The notes under the pieces: model-generated
The model's database searches: none
Told to the model about the DNA's origin: nothing
What the model saw: the letters and a program-made list of their open reading frames with translations, nothing else
DNA from: an uncultured Planctomycetaceae bacterium
Lineage (GTDB): Bacteria; Planctomycetota; Planctomycetia; Planctomycetales; Planctomycetaceae
Direction of reading: 5' to 3'
Assembly: GCA_964459965.1 (NCBI GenBank)
Contig: CAYWOV010000001.1
Coordinates: forward strand, 1-42,944
DNA: 42,944 bases
Part shown: in pieces, positions 8,791-16,796 of the stretch
Layout: each line of letters opens with the position of its first letter
Numbering within the stretch: the stretch's first letter is position 1
Translations under genes and position numbers: made by a program

Positions 8791-9141
8791 GTGAAAAATC
8801 GCAACGCGGTCTCTGTCGAGCCCATCGGCAACCTGGTGGTGATCAGGCAAGACCAGGCGTCAGAAACGACCTCGGGCGGCATCGTGCTGCCCGACGCCGC
8901 GCAGGACCCCCGCCGGTTTGGCACTGTCTTGGCTGTCGGCCCGGGACAGTTCCGTACCATCCCCGCCTACACGAAGGATGAACAAGATTCGATGCGTTAC
9001 CCCATGCAGTGCCAGGTCGGCGATCGCGTGATCCTGCCCTTGGGCGGCGGCGACGCGGTCCGGCTGGATCCGGCGGACGAGCAAAGCGAGGTCCTCGTGA
9101 TCTCCGAAAGCCACCTCTGCGGAATCCTGAGGTCGCAATGA
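8791..9141 (+). CDS. groES: GroES-like co-chaperonin (Cpn10)
   Basis: Aligns by eye to GroES along its length: PIGNLVVIR..ETTSGGIVLPDAA...GTVLAVGPG...VGDRVIL...EVLVISESHLCGIL. Confidence 0.85.
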   Translation: MKNRNAVSVEPIGNLVVIRQDQASETTSGGIVLPDAAQDPRRFGTVLAVGPGQFRTIPAYTKDEQDSMRYPMQCQVGDRVILPLGGGDAVRLDPADEQSEVLVISESHLCGILRSQ

Positions 9142-9266
9142 TCGAAGCCATCGCGATCGGTTGGGCCGTCGGCTACCTCTACGGCATTCCCTGGGGATGG
9201 ATCGCCTGGGCGTCCATGTCCTTATTGGCCGATTTTCGGCCGTGCCATTGGAGAAAGCAGCTATGA
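9138..9266 (+). CDS. Small membrane protein (42 aa)
   Basis: ATGA overlap with the groES stop. Hydrophobic, Trp-rich segment (IEAIAIGWAVGYLYGIPWGWIAWASMSLL). Confidence 0.4.
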   Translation: MIEAIAIGWAVGYLYGIPWGWIAWASMSLLADFRPCHWRKQL

Positions 9267-9511
9267 CACCGCTCCAAGAGGCCAAGGCCGAATTGCGGCT
9301 GGTGAGGCCCGATCTGCACTTCGTCTGTCAGAAGCTGGCCGAGGCCCTTGAAACCGGGGACCGGGGACCAGGGGCCAGGGACCAGGGCAAACAGGGGCCG
9401 TCGGCCGAGACCGCCGAAAATGCCGGTGATGGCCACCACCGCCAGCCCGCCGACGTCGAGGTCCGCGCGCCGGTACCGCCGCCGATCCACGCCCGCAAAA
9501 CCCGCAAATAG
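9263..9511 (+). CDS. Hypothetical protein (weak)
   Basis: ATGA overlap with the upstream ORF. The middle of the ORF is a family-E repeat, so coding status is uncertain. Confidence 0.3.
   Translation: MTPLQEAKAELRLVRPDLHFVCQKLAEALETGDRGPGARDQGKQGPSAETAENAGDGHHRQPADVEVRAPVPPPIHARKTRK
9355..9393 (+). repeat. Repeat family E; unit GGGGACC/GGGGCCA stutter
   Basis: Copies at 9355-9393 and 18393-18425. Confidence 0.65.
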
Positions 9512-9627
9512 CTCGCGCCAATCCGTAGTGCGCTTTCTGCCGGCGGCCGTTTTCCGCCTCCGGCACTCTTTGTCCAGAATCTGGACAAGAGCCGCCCGCC
9601 GCCGGCGGCCATCGGCCACACTCTCGC

Positions 9628-9954
9628 ATGGGCCTGGTCGATTCGGTGAATTCCGCCATGACGGCGGCGGTCGCAGCGCTGCAAGCCGGTGATTATGCCA
9701 CCGCGCTGCAGCAAGCTCTTTCGGCCCAGGGCCTCTTGGCCCTCATTCCCCGCACGTCCCATGCCGCGGGCACCGGCGGCGGTTCCCACGGCTTCGAGTA
9801 CTCGCCCCAGGCCATCGGCGACTTCATTAAGAACCTTCGCCTGCAGCAGGGGGCGGCCCTGGGCGTGCAAAGCTCGCCCATCACCATCAGCGAGCCCACG
9901 GTGCTCGATGACGGCGAGCAATTCGCCAACTCCAGTGGCGGCTACGTCCAGTAG
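9628..9954 (+). CDS. gpW-like head-tail joining protein (call is position-based)
   Basis: 108-aa ORF immediately upstream of a lambda-type portal, as in the lambda order A-W-B. Helical N-terminus. Confidence 0.45.
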   Translation: MGLVDSVNSAMTAAVAALQAGDYATALQQALSAQGLLALIPRTSHAAGTGGGSHGFEYSPQAIGDFIKNLRLQQGAALGVQSSPITISEPTVLDDGEQFANSSGGYVQ

Positions 9955-9991
9955 CCGTTTTCCTTCCGGCTTCCGCCCTCCGCCTTTGAAG

Positions 9992-11473
9992 ATGTCCCTC
10001 CGCAGCTTTTTCTCCGGACTGTTCGGCCGCTCCTCGACGCCGCCCGCGCCGCAGGAGGCCGCCGAGGTCATGCGCGGCCGCTGGGGCCGCTGGGACTCCA
10101 AAGACACGGACCGCATGAACCAGGCCCATTGGGCGAAGGTCACGGGTTTGCCTATCAATGCGGAACTCGCCTACGCCAGCAATTGGCTGCGGGCCCAGAG
10201 CGAGTACGAGATTTCTTCCAACCCGGTGATGGAAGGGATCGTCAACAGCTACTGCACCGACGTCGTCGGGCCGGACGGCCCCAGTTACCGCGTCACGAGC
10301 TCCGATCCCGAGTACAACCGCAAACGCGAGAAGATATGGCGCCAGTGGTGGCGGCACGCGGGGGCCAACCGCCAGCTTTCCGGCGTGGAGATCCTCAACG
10401 GCTGGGTCCGCTCGTTGTGGAAGGCGGGCGAGTTTGGGACGCAACTGATCAACGATCCCAACGCGGCCGGGCCGATCAAGGTCCGCCTCCTGCCGGTGCA
10501 CATGCACCGGCTCATGACGCCGCCCGAGTTCCTCGGCGATCCGGCCGTGGCCCTGGGCGTGCGGCGCGACGACAACCGCAACCCGATCGCCTATTACATC
10601 AGCGAGCCCTATATCTTCGGGCCCTTCGAGGTCTACACGGGCGAATTCTACATCGTCCGCTACGAGGATTTCATCCACGGTTTCGAGCAGACGGAAGAGG
10701 ACCAGGTGCGGGGCGTGCCCTGGCTGGCCAGCTCGTTGGACACGGTCGGCCAATTGCGGGACTGGGACAAGTCCATGCTGGACGCGGCCGAGTCGCTCTC
10801 GAAGACCGGCGTGGTTTGGCAGATGGAGGATCCGGGCGCAGCGCCGCAGATCATCCGTGGCTCGACGCCCATGGAACGGGGCCAGCAGACCTTCGGACCG
10901 CCCGGCTATAAGGCGCAACAGCTAAGCCCCACGCAGCCCAGCAGCGATCAGCAGAGTTTTCGCAGCGAGAAAAAGGCGGAGATCGGCCGGGGCCGCTGCA
11001 TCCCGCTGATGTTGATCAACCTCGACAGCAGCAAGCACAACTATTCGTCCGCCCGCTTCGACAATCAGCCCTATTGGCGATCGGTCGCCGGCGTGCAGGG
11101 CTGGCTGGGACGCATCGGCCTGGACCGGATCGAAGCCACCGTGATGCGCGAGGCCGAGCTGGCCGGCGAGCTGGACGAGCCGCCCGAGGATCTGGCCGTG
11201 GCCTGGGGCTGGATCAAGCCGCCCCACGTGGACCCCACCAAGGAGTCTGAGGCCGAGGCCGCCTACATCGAGAACCGCACCGTGCCCTGGTCCGACGCCG
11301 TGATCGCCCACGGCGACGATCCGGACCGCGTCTTGGCCACGCTCAAGCATGACAACGAGCGGATGAAGGAGGCCGGCCTGCCGCCGCTTCCCACCGCCGC
11401 GCCGCTGCCCAAGCCGGGTACCGGCTTCGCCAAGTTCGCCGCTGCCGCCGGCGGACAAGCCACGGGAGATTGA
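9992..11473 (+). CDS. Portal protein (lambda family)
   Basis: ATG at 9992. The upstream part of track ORF 9689.. is Pro/Arg-rich junk plus a family-C repeat. The region NQAHWAKV...NWLRAQSEYEISSNPVMEGIVNSYCTDVVGPDG is typical of lambda gpB-type portals. Confidence 0.8.
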   Translation: MSLRSFFSGLFGRSSTPPAPQEAAEVMRGRWGRWDSKDTDRMNQAHWAKVTGLPINAELAYASNWLRAQSEYEISSNPVMEGIVNSYCTDVVGPDGPSYRVTSSDPEYNRKREKIWRQWWRHAGANRQLSGVEILNGWVRSLWKAGEFGTQLINDPNAAGPIKVRLLPVHMHRLMTPPEFLGDPAVALGVRRDDNRNPIAYYISEPYIFGPFEVYTGEFYIVRYEDFIHGFEQTEEDQVRGVPWLASSLDTVGQLRDWDKSMLDAAESLSKTGVVWQMEDPGAAPQIIRGSTPMERGQQTFGPPGYKAQQLSPTQPSSDQQSFRSEKKAEIGRGRCIPLMLINLDSSKHNYSSARFDNQPYWRSVAGVQGWLGRIGLDRIEATVMREAELAGELDEPPEDLAVAWGWIKPPHVDPTKESEAEAAYIENRTVPWSDAVIAHGDDPDRVLATLKHDNERMKEAGLPPLPTAAPLPKPGTGFAKFAAAAGGQATGD

Positions 11474-11476
11474 AAG

Positions 11477-14272
11477 ATGCGCTGGACCGCCAAAGACGCT
11501 TCCGCAAAGAACAGCCGAGTCAAGGGCTCGCCCAAACTGCAAGCCCAGTGGGCCGCCGTCGCCAACGACGTGCTCAAGCGCCAATTGGCCAAGGGCAAAT
11601 CGCAAAGCGAGGCCGAGGGCGTCGCCATCGCCGCGGCCAACGCCGCGGTGAAGAAAAAGCCCGCCAAGGCGCGCAACTACAAGGGCGACGACGCGGAAGA
11701 TTTTCAACACGGCACCAAGGCGCCCATCGACAAGAAGTACGGCGTGCCGCCCAAGCCGGCGGCCCGCACCGTCACCGAGGCCCCGCCGGTCGCCCGTTCG
11801 GCGGAAGATCTGCTCTGCCGCGTGGCGCCGCTGGCGCCCTCGACGCTCGACGACGAGACCCGCAGCGTGAAGGCCGTGCTGGCCAGCGATGCGCCCTGCC
11901 TCTCGATCGACCTGAAGACCGGCAAGACCTTTCTGGAGGTCTACCGCATGGACGGCATGGAGCCCGTGGCGAGCCAGGTCCCCCTCTGCGACACGCACAA
12001 GCGGGACTCGATCGACCGCGTCAAGGGCTCCGTCCGCGAGATCCACACCGACGGCAGCCAGGCGGTGGGCACGCTCACCGTCGACTCGAGCGAGTATCAG
12101 GCCTGGAGCAAGATCCGCAACCGGCACGTCACCGACGTCTCGGCCGGCTTTCAGCCGCTGGAAACCACCAAGATCGACGCCGGCAAATCGAAAGAGGTTG
12201 CCGGCCGCCTCTACACGGCCCCCGCCGACCGCCCGCTTTTCGTGCACACGAAGTGGCGGCTGCGGGAGGTTTCTCTGACACCGATCGGCTCGGACGTTCG
12301 AGCCAAAATCCGATCATGCACAACCTTTCAAGGAGCAGCGAGCATGAATAAGCACATTCGCAAGTGGCTCGAAACCGAACTGAAGCTTCGGAGCGAAGCC
12401 ACCGACGAAGAGGCCCAGACGTTCTGGGATGCCCTCGCCGAAGCCGAGCGCAAGCGGGCCGAAGAGGCCTGCCGCGACAAGGACGACGAGGACGAGGAAG
12501 ACGACGAGGACGAGGAAGACGACGAGGACGAGCCGCCCAAGCCGTCCACGCACAAGGTCACCCGCCACAGCACGGTGACCGAAGAGTCCCGCGCCGCCGA
12601 GGAGATGGAACGCGTCCGCCAGGAGGCGGAGAAGGCCGGCGCCAAGCGGGGCCGCGAAAAGGAAGTCGCCCGGCAGCGGAAGATCCGCCAACTGGCCGGC
12701 AGCGACGTCCCGGCCGAGATCGTCACCCGGGCGATCGACGAAGGCTGGACGCTCTCCCGCGTCCGCACCGTGTTCTTGAAGACCGTCCGCGAAGGCCGAA
12801 GCCCCAGCGTGGGCGGCGGCGGCGACATCGACGAGGCGGCCATTCGTGAGACGGTCCGCGAAGGCGGACCGGCGATCCACGTCCGTTCGCGCGAGAGCGA
12901 CTGCACCGTGGGCACCATGGCCGCGGCGCTGTTTGTGCGCAGCTACAACGGCAGCCACGACCCGGTCGACCTGATCGGCGGCTACCAACCCTCCGCCAGT
13001 CTCACGGGCGAAGACGGCAAGCCGGAGCCCGGCCGGACCTACACGGTCCGCAACGACGTCACCCGCATGATCGCCGGCCGCAGCCGCACCGCCAGCGAGT
13101 CCCGCCGCAAGGCCAACGAACGGCTCTTGGACCTGGGCGACCGCTACCGCTCGATGTCGCCGATGGACCTGGTCGACGAATGCAACCGCATCGAGGGCCG
13201 CACCCGCACCAGCTACGACCGCGAAGAGCGCGTCCGTGCCGCCATGAGCGGCTCGGCCCTCTCGGCCATCTTCACCCAAAACGTCTCGGCCCAGTTCTTG
13301 GGCGGCTACCTCGACGCCGCCGACACCACGCAAGGCTGGACGACCGAGACTGACGTGCTGAACTTCCTCCAGAACGAGCGGGCCATCTACGGAAAGATGG
13401 GCCAGATGAAGAAGCTCGCCAAGGGCGGCACCGCCGCGGACCTCGACACCAGCGACTGGAACGAGGTCTACAAGATCTTCCGCTACGCCGGAAAGTTCAC
13501 CGTCGATGAGCAGGACTTCATCAACGACCGCTTCGGCGCCCTGGAGCAGATGTCCCCGCAGGACATGGGTCTGACGGGCCGCCAGATCCGGCCCAACCTG
13601 GTCTACGCCCTGCTCTTGAGCAATCCCACGCTCACCCAGGACAGCATCGCCGTGTTCGACGCCAACACGCACAAGAACATCATCACCGGCGCCGTGACGG
13701 ACTTCAACCCCACCACGCCCGCGGCCAACGCCGGGCCGTTCCAGGATGCGACCACCGCGATGGGCAAGCAGCGGCTGCGCAACCGCGTCTTGAACTTGCG
13801 GCCGCGGTACGTGATCGCCGGCACCGACCTCGAATGGGCCGTGAACATCCTCTACAAGAGCCAGCAGCGGATCATCGCTTCCGGCTCCGGCGGCACCTAC
13901 AACCCGCTGGCCGCCGAGGGCGCCAACGTCGAGAGCCGGCTGGACGGCCGTCTGGACCCGCTGGGCTGCTACGACAACGACACGGGCAAGACGTTCTATC
14001 CGTACACGACCACGGGCACCACGGCCGGCCGCAGCGGCATGGCCATCATGGCGGCCCGCCCCGGCGAGCAGGGCGCCAAGACCATCGAGGTCGGCTACCG
14101 CATCGGCACCGGCCGGGCCCCCCGCATCCGCAGCTCGATCCTCCGCGAGGGCAGCGGCCAGTACGGGATGAGCTGGGACGTGAACCTCGATATCGGTGCC
14201 AAGATCCTGGACTACCGCGGGTTGTGCCTGATCACGGGCGGCGGCAGCCAGTTGGCCGCGACCGGACCCTGA
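11477..14272 (+). CDS. Prohead protease (HK97/S78-like) - acidic scaffold - major capsid protein fusion
   Basis: Single uninterrupted 931-aa ORF. N-terminal ChaB-like segment. Protease core (PLCDTHKRDSIDRVKGSV...VSAGFQPL...WRLREVSLTPIGSD). Coiled-coil/poly-acidic scaffold. About 500-aa C-terminal capsid-like domain. Confidence 0.75.
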   Translation: MRWTAKDASAKNSRVKGSPKLQAQWAAVANDVLKRQLAKGKSQSEAEGVAIAAANAAVKKKPAKARNYKGDDAEDFQHGTKAPIDKKYGVPPKPAARTVTEAPPVARSAEDLLCRVAPLAPSTLDDETRSVKAVLASDAPCLSIDLKTGKTFLEVYRMDGMEPVASQVPLCDTHKRDSIDRVKGSVREIHTDGSQAVGTLTVDSSEYQAWSKIRNRHVTDVSAGFQPLETTKIDAGKSKEVAGRLYTAPADRPLFVHTKWRLREVSLTPIGSDVRAKIRSCTTFQGAASMNKHIRKWLETELKLRSEATDEEAQTFWDALAEAERKRAEEACRDKDDEDEEDDEDEEDDEDEPPKPSTHKVTRHSTVTEESRAAEEMERVRQEAEKAGAKRGREKEVARQRKIRQLAGSDVPAEIVTRAIDEGWTLSRVRTVFLKTVREGRSPSVGGGGDIDEAAIRETVREGGPAIHVRSRESDCTVGTMAAALFVRSYNGSHDPVDLIGGYQPSASLTGEDGKPEPGRTYTVRNDVTRMIAGRSRTASESRRKANERLLDLGDRYRSMSPMDLVDECNRIEGRTRTSYDREERVRAAMSGSALSAIFTQNVSAQFLGGYLDAADTTQGWTTETDVLNFLQNERAIYGKMGQMKKLAKGGTAADLDTSDWNEVYKIFRYAGKFTVDEQDFINDRFGALEQMSPQDMGLTGRQIRPNLVYALLLSNPTLTQDSIAVFDANTHKNIITGAVTDFNPTTPAANAGPFQDATTAMGKQRLRNRVLNLRPRYVIAGTDLEWAVNILYKSQQRIIASGSGGTYNPLAAEGANVESRLDGRLDPLGCYDNDTGKTFYPYTTTGTTAGRSGMAIMAARPGEQGAKTIEVGYRIGTGRAPRIRSSILREGSGQYGMSWDVNLDIGAKILDYRGLCLITGGGSQLAATGP
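12344..14272 (+). CDS. Possible nested in-frame product: scaffold + major capsid protein from an internal start
   Basis: AAGGAG at 12330-12335 lies 8 nt upstream of an in-frame ATG at 12344, exactly at the end of the protease domain. Confidence 0.4.
   Translation: MNKHIRKWLETELKLRSEATDEEAQTFWDALAEAERKRAEEACRDKDDEDEEDDEDEEDDEDEPPKPSTHKVTRHSTVTEESRAAEEMERVRQEAEKAGAKRGREKEVARQRKIRQLAGSDVPAEIVTRAIDEGWTLSRVRTVFLKTVREGRSPSVGGGGDIDEAAIRETVREGGPAIHVRSRESDCTVGTMAAALFVRSYNGSHDPVDLIGGYQPSASLTGEDGKPEPGRTYTVRNDVTRMIAGRSRTASESRRKANERLLDLGDRYRSMSPMDLVDECNRIEGRTRTSYDREERVRAAMSGSALSAIFTQNVSAQFLGGYLDAADTTQGWTTETDVLNFLQNERAIYGKMGQMKKLAKGGTAADLDTSDWNEVYKIFRYAGKFTVDEQDFINDRFGALEQMSPQDMGLTGRQIRPNLVYALLLSNPTLTQDSIAVFDANTHKNIITGAVTDFNPTTPAANAGPFQDATTAMGKQRLRNRVLNLRPRYVIAGTDLEWAVNILYKSQQRIIASGSGGTYNPLAAEGANVESRLDGRLDPLGCYDNDTGKTFYPYTTTGTTAGRSGMAIMAARPGEQGAKTIEVGYRIGTGRAPRIRSSILREGSGQYGMSWDVNLDIGAKILDYRGLCLITGGGSQLAATGP
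12482..12532 (+). repeat. 2.8 tandem copies of an 18-bp unit GACGACGAGGACGAGGAA (poly-Asp/Glu run)
   Basis: Read directly. Encodes DDEDEEDDEDEEDDEDE in the scaffold segment. Confidence 0.9.
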
Positions 14273-14292
14273 GCCGGCTGATTTGCAATGAC

Positions 14293-14330
14293 GCGGCGCG
14301 ACCGGCCGCAAAACCGGCCGCGCCGCTTTC
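14293..14330 (+). terminator. Hairpin after the capsid gene (candidate intrinsic terminator)
   Basis: Stem GCGGCGCGACCGG / CCGGCCGCGCCGC (13 bp, 1 mismatch), 8-nt loop, then TTTCCCGGTTTCC. Confidence 0.5.
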
Positions 14331-14369
14331 CCGGTTTCCTTCCCGAGTTTCCCGGTTTCTTTCCCGAAG
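14327..14369 (+). repeat. Repeat family F; TTTCCCGG(T/A) stutter (4 units)
   Basis: TTTCCCGGTTTCCTTCCCGAGTTTCCCGGTTTCTTTCCCGAAG, between the capsid terminator and the decoration gene. Confidence 0.7.
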
Positions 14370-14399
14370 CAACAAGCCTTTTTCTAAAGGACATCCAAA

Positions 14400-14777
14400 A
14401 TGACTGCCTTCCCGCAGTATTCCGCCACCGCCCTCCCGCGTTATCCGTGGGATGAGGTGACGTTCGTTTCGACCGCGGTCTATCAACCCGGGGCCATCGT
14501 CCAGTTGGCTGATGGTCGGGCCGCCGTCTACACGGGTCTGGAAGCCAACGCGATCGGCGACCCGGTCACGTTCAAGACCCAAGGCGTTTTCGAGGTCGTT
14601 TCCGCCAGCGCCACCACCTTCAGCAGCGGTGCGCAGGTCAATTGGGACGCCGTTGGCGCGGCGGCCGTGGCCAAAAGCAGCGGCAGCTTCTACCTCGGCG
14701 CCGCGGTGCAGGCGAAGGTCGCCGGCACAACGAGCGTGCTGGTGGCCCTCAATCTGCCGACGCTGCCGAGTTCCTGA
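14400..14777 (+). CDS. Head decoration-like protein (DUF2190-like)
   Basis: 125 aa, directly after the capsid gene. Pattern AIGDPVTFKTQGVFEV...GAQVNWD...YLGAAVQAKVAGTTSVLVALN, as in DUF2190 proteins. Confidence 0.6.
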   Translation: MTAFPQYSATALPRYPWDEVTFVSTAVYQPGAIVQLADGRAAVYTGLEANAIGDPVTFKTQGVFEVVSASATTFSSGAQVNWDAVGAAAVAKSSGSFYLGAAVQAKVAGTTSVLVALNLPTLPSS

Positions 14778-14795
14778 GTCACCCGCCAAACACCA

Positions 14796-14840
14796 GCCGG
14801 GGCGGCGCTTGAACGTCGCCGCCCCGGCGAGGGCCTTTTT
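14796..14840 (+). terminator. Hairpin plus T-tract after the decoration gene
   Basis: 12-bp perfect GC-rich stem GCCGGGGCGGCG / CGCCGCCCCGGC, 9-nt loop, then T5 seven nt downstream. Confidence 0.5.
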
Positions 14841-14842
14841 CC

Positions 14843-15865
14843 ATGCGCAGCAGCAAGAAGACGCGGCCCCAGGCTCGCTATGTCGGACCCGCCCCGGAAG
14901 GCTCCTTTTTCGGGGCTTGCCGGCCGATCGCATCGCCTAGCTCGGCCTGCGCGCTGCAAGTCCATCCGCAGCGGGTGATTCCCCACATCCCGGCATGGGC
15001 GTTCGTCACAACGCGCCGCCTGGTGGCGGATACCTACAATCTGTTGGCCGATCTGCCCGCGGAGATTTCCGCCGTCGTCGGCATCGCCCGCAGCGGTTTG
15101 TTGCCGGCCGGGATCATCGCCATGGAGCGGCACCGCCCGCTCTTCGCCGCCACGCTGGAAGGGCACGTTCACCCGGTCGGCTACGGCGGCCGGATGATCG
15201 GCCAGCGGGCATCCCTTGCGCAGACTCGCCTGGTGCTGCTCGTCGACGATACGGCCTCGACGGGGACGGCGCTTGATCTGGTGCGGCCCTGGGTGCAGAC
15301 GGCCTTTCCCGGCGCCGCCATCATCACCGCGGCCATTTATTGCACTCCGCAATCTTTGTCGCGCGTCGATTGGCCGGGCGTCGTCTACCCGAGGCCGCAT
15401 TACCTGGAATGGAACCTAGTCAACTCCGGGGTGATTCACGAAGCCGGCCTGGATTTCGACGGCATCCTCTGCGAGGACTGCCCGCCGAAAGCAGACGACG
15501 ACGGCGATGCGTATTGCCGATTCCTGGAAACGGCGCGACCAAAATACATTCCCCGCCGCGAGCCGATCGCCGCGATCGTGACTGCCCGCTTGGAAAAGTA
15601 CCGCCAGCCGACCCTGCGATGGCTGGAGCGCTGGGGCATCGAGTGCCGCCAATTGGTAATGGGGCCCTGGAAAACGATGGCCGCCAGGCAGAAGCCCGGG
15701 GCGATCGCCCGATGGAAGGCCGGCCAGTTCGCCAGGCTGCCGTTGGAATTGTTCGTCGAGAGCGATCCCGGCCAGGCCGCCGAAATCTGCCGCCTGGCCA
15801 AAAAACCCGTGCTGTGTCCGGCCGCCGAAAGGGTCTTTAAACCACTGCCGCAATCCCCATCCTGA
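14843..15865 (+). CDS. Phosphoribosyltransferase (type I PRT) - HAD-like phosphatase fusion protein
   Basis: PRPP-binding loop RLVLLVDDTASTGTAL. C-terminal HAD motif I GLDFDGIL, motif II-like IVTAR and an acidic motif FVESDPG. The start may instead be the GTG at 14975. Confidence 0.75.
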   Translation: MRSSKKTRPQARYVGPAPEGSFFGACRPIASPSSACALQVHPQRVIPHIPAWAFVTTRRLVADTYNLLADLPAEISAVVGIARSGLLPAGIIAMERHRPLFAATLEGHVHPVGYGGRMIGQRASLAQTRLVLLVDDTASTGTALDLVRPWVQTAFPGAAIITAAIYCTPQSLSRVDWPGVVYPRPHYLEWNLVNSGVIHEAGLDFDGILCEDCPPKADDDGDAYCRFLETARPKYIPRREPIAAIVTARLEKYRQPTLRWLERWGIECRQLVMGPWKTMAARQKPGAIARWKAGQFARLPLELFVESDPGQAAEICRLAKKPVLCPAAERVFKPLPQSPS

Positions 15866-15954
15866 TCGTTTCCCGGGGATCGCGGGCGGTAGAGTTTCAC
15901 CGCCTCACCGCCCGCGTCCCCGGTTTTTCCTATCCCGTGGCGAAGTAACCTCCC

Positions 15955-16356
15955 GTGTCCAGCATCTCCTTTTTCGACGAAGTGTTCCAGGCCAACGCGC
16001 CGGTGGTGGATTCCATCTTCGGCAAGTCCTACGGTCTGCGCTGGGCGGGGACGGCCATCACACTGACGGCGATCCTGTCGGCCCACCCCATCAACTTCGA
16101 CAGCGAAGGCGACGTCGTCGAGACCACCCATTCCCATAACTTCGAGGTCACCGCGGCGGCCTTGACGCTCGGCCAAAGCGGGGCAGTCATCCTGCCGCAA
16201 CCCGGCATGCAGTTCACCGATCTGCAAGCCGACGGCACCAACGCCGTCTACGAGGTCGTCAAACGCGACGACGGCCGCTGTTACGACCCGGTGGACAACG
16301 AGGCCACGCGGCTGTTGGTTTATGCAAAGCTGATCCGGCGGAGCGAGAAGACATGA
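15955..16356 (+). CDS. Hypothetical structural protein (head-tail connector region)
   Basis: GTG start and synteny between the head and tail genes. 133 aa. Confidence 0.55.
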   Translation: MSSISFFDEVFQANAPVVDSIFGKSYGLRWAGTAITLTAILSAHPINFDSEGDVVETTHSHNFEVTAAALTLGQSGAVILPQPGMQFTDLQADGTNAVYEVVKRDDGRCYDPVDNEATRLLVYAKLIRRSEKT

Positions 16357-16796
16357 GCGACGTAACCCTCGTCGAGGTCGCCGATGCCATCGTGTCGGCC
16401 CTGAATCTGCCCGCCGCTCCGCGGGCCCCCGCCACCTGGTGCCGCGCGCTGGATACGGACGTCGAGTTGGAGGACCTGGAGGTCCTGCACGCCCAGGTTT
16501 TCCCCGGCAGCCTGAAGACGGAAGCCGGCGCCCGCAACGGCGAGTATCAGCGGGGCGAGTACGCGATCGACGTCGTCCTGCGTCAGAAGCTCGACACGGA
16601 CGATCGCCAAAAAGTCGACGGCCTCTTCCGACTCTTGCGGAAGGTGGACAAGTACCTCTTTGGACTCCAGCGGCTACCGGTGATGCCGGACGCCGCCTGG
16701 CTGGCCAGTTCCATGCGTTATCCCTACGTGCCCGCCAAGTTCAAGGCCCGCGAGTATTGGGCCCTGCTGTCGGTCACTTACCTGGTTTTCGATTGA
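16353..16796 (+). CDS. Hypothetical structural protein (head-tail connector region)
   Basis: ATGA overlap with the upstream ORF. 147 aa. Confidence 0.55.
   Translation: MSDVTLVEVADAIVSALNLPAAPRAPATWCRALDTDVELEDLEVLHAQVFPGSLKTEAGARNGEYQRGEYAIDVVLRQKLDTDDRQKVDGLFRLLRKVDKYLFGLQRLPVMPDAAWLASSMRYPYVPAKFKAREYWALLSVTYLVFD

Noticed and set aside
9689-9991. N-terminal 101-codon extension of the portal ORF as given in the track.
   Set aside because: The extension overlaps the gpW-like ORF, is Pro/Arg/Ser-rich and ends in a family-C repeat. The ATG at 9992 gives a typical portal N-terminus.
12314-14311. Very long antisense ORFs. Examples are 12314..14311 (-) of 665 aa, 10922..12247 (-), 18856..20190 (-), 20339..21346 (-), 1010..1828 (-), 32658..33992 (-) and 41128..42174 (-).
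   Set aside because: These are typical stop-poor shadow frames of high-GC DNA. Their products are Arg/Gly/Ala/Pro-dominated with no motifs, and they lie opposite ORFs with clear phage protein signatures.
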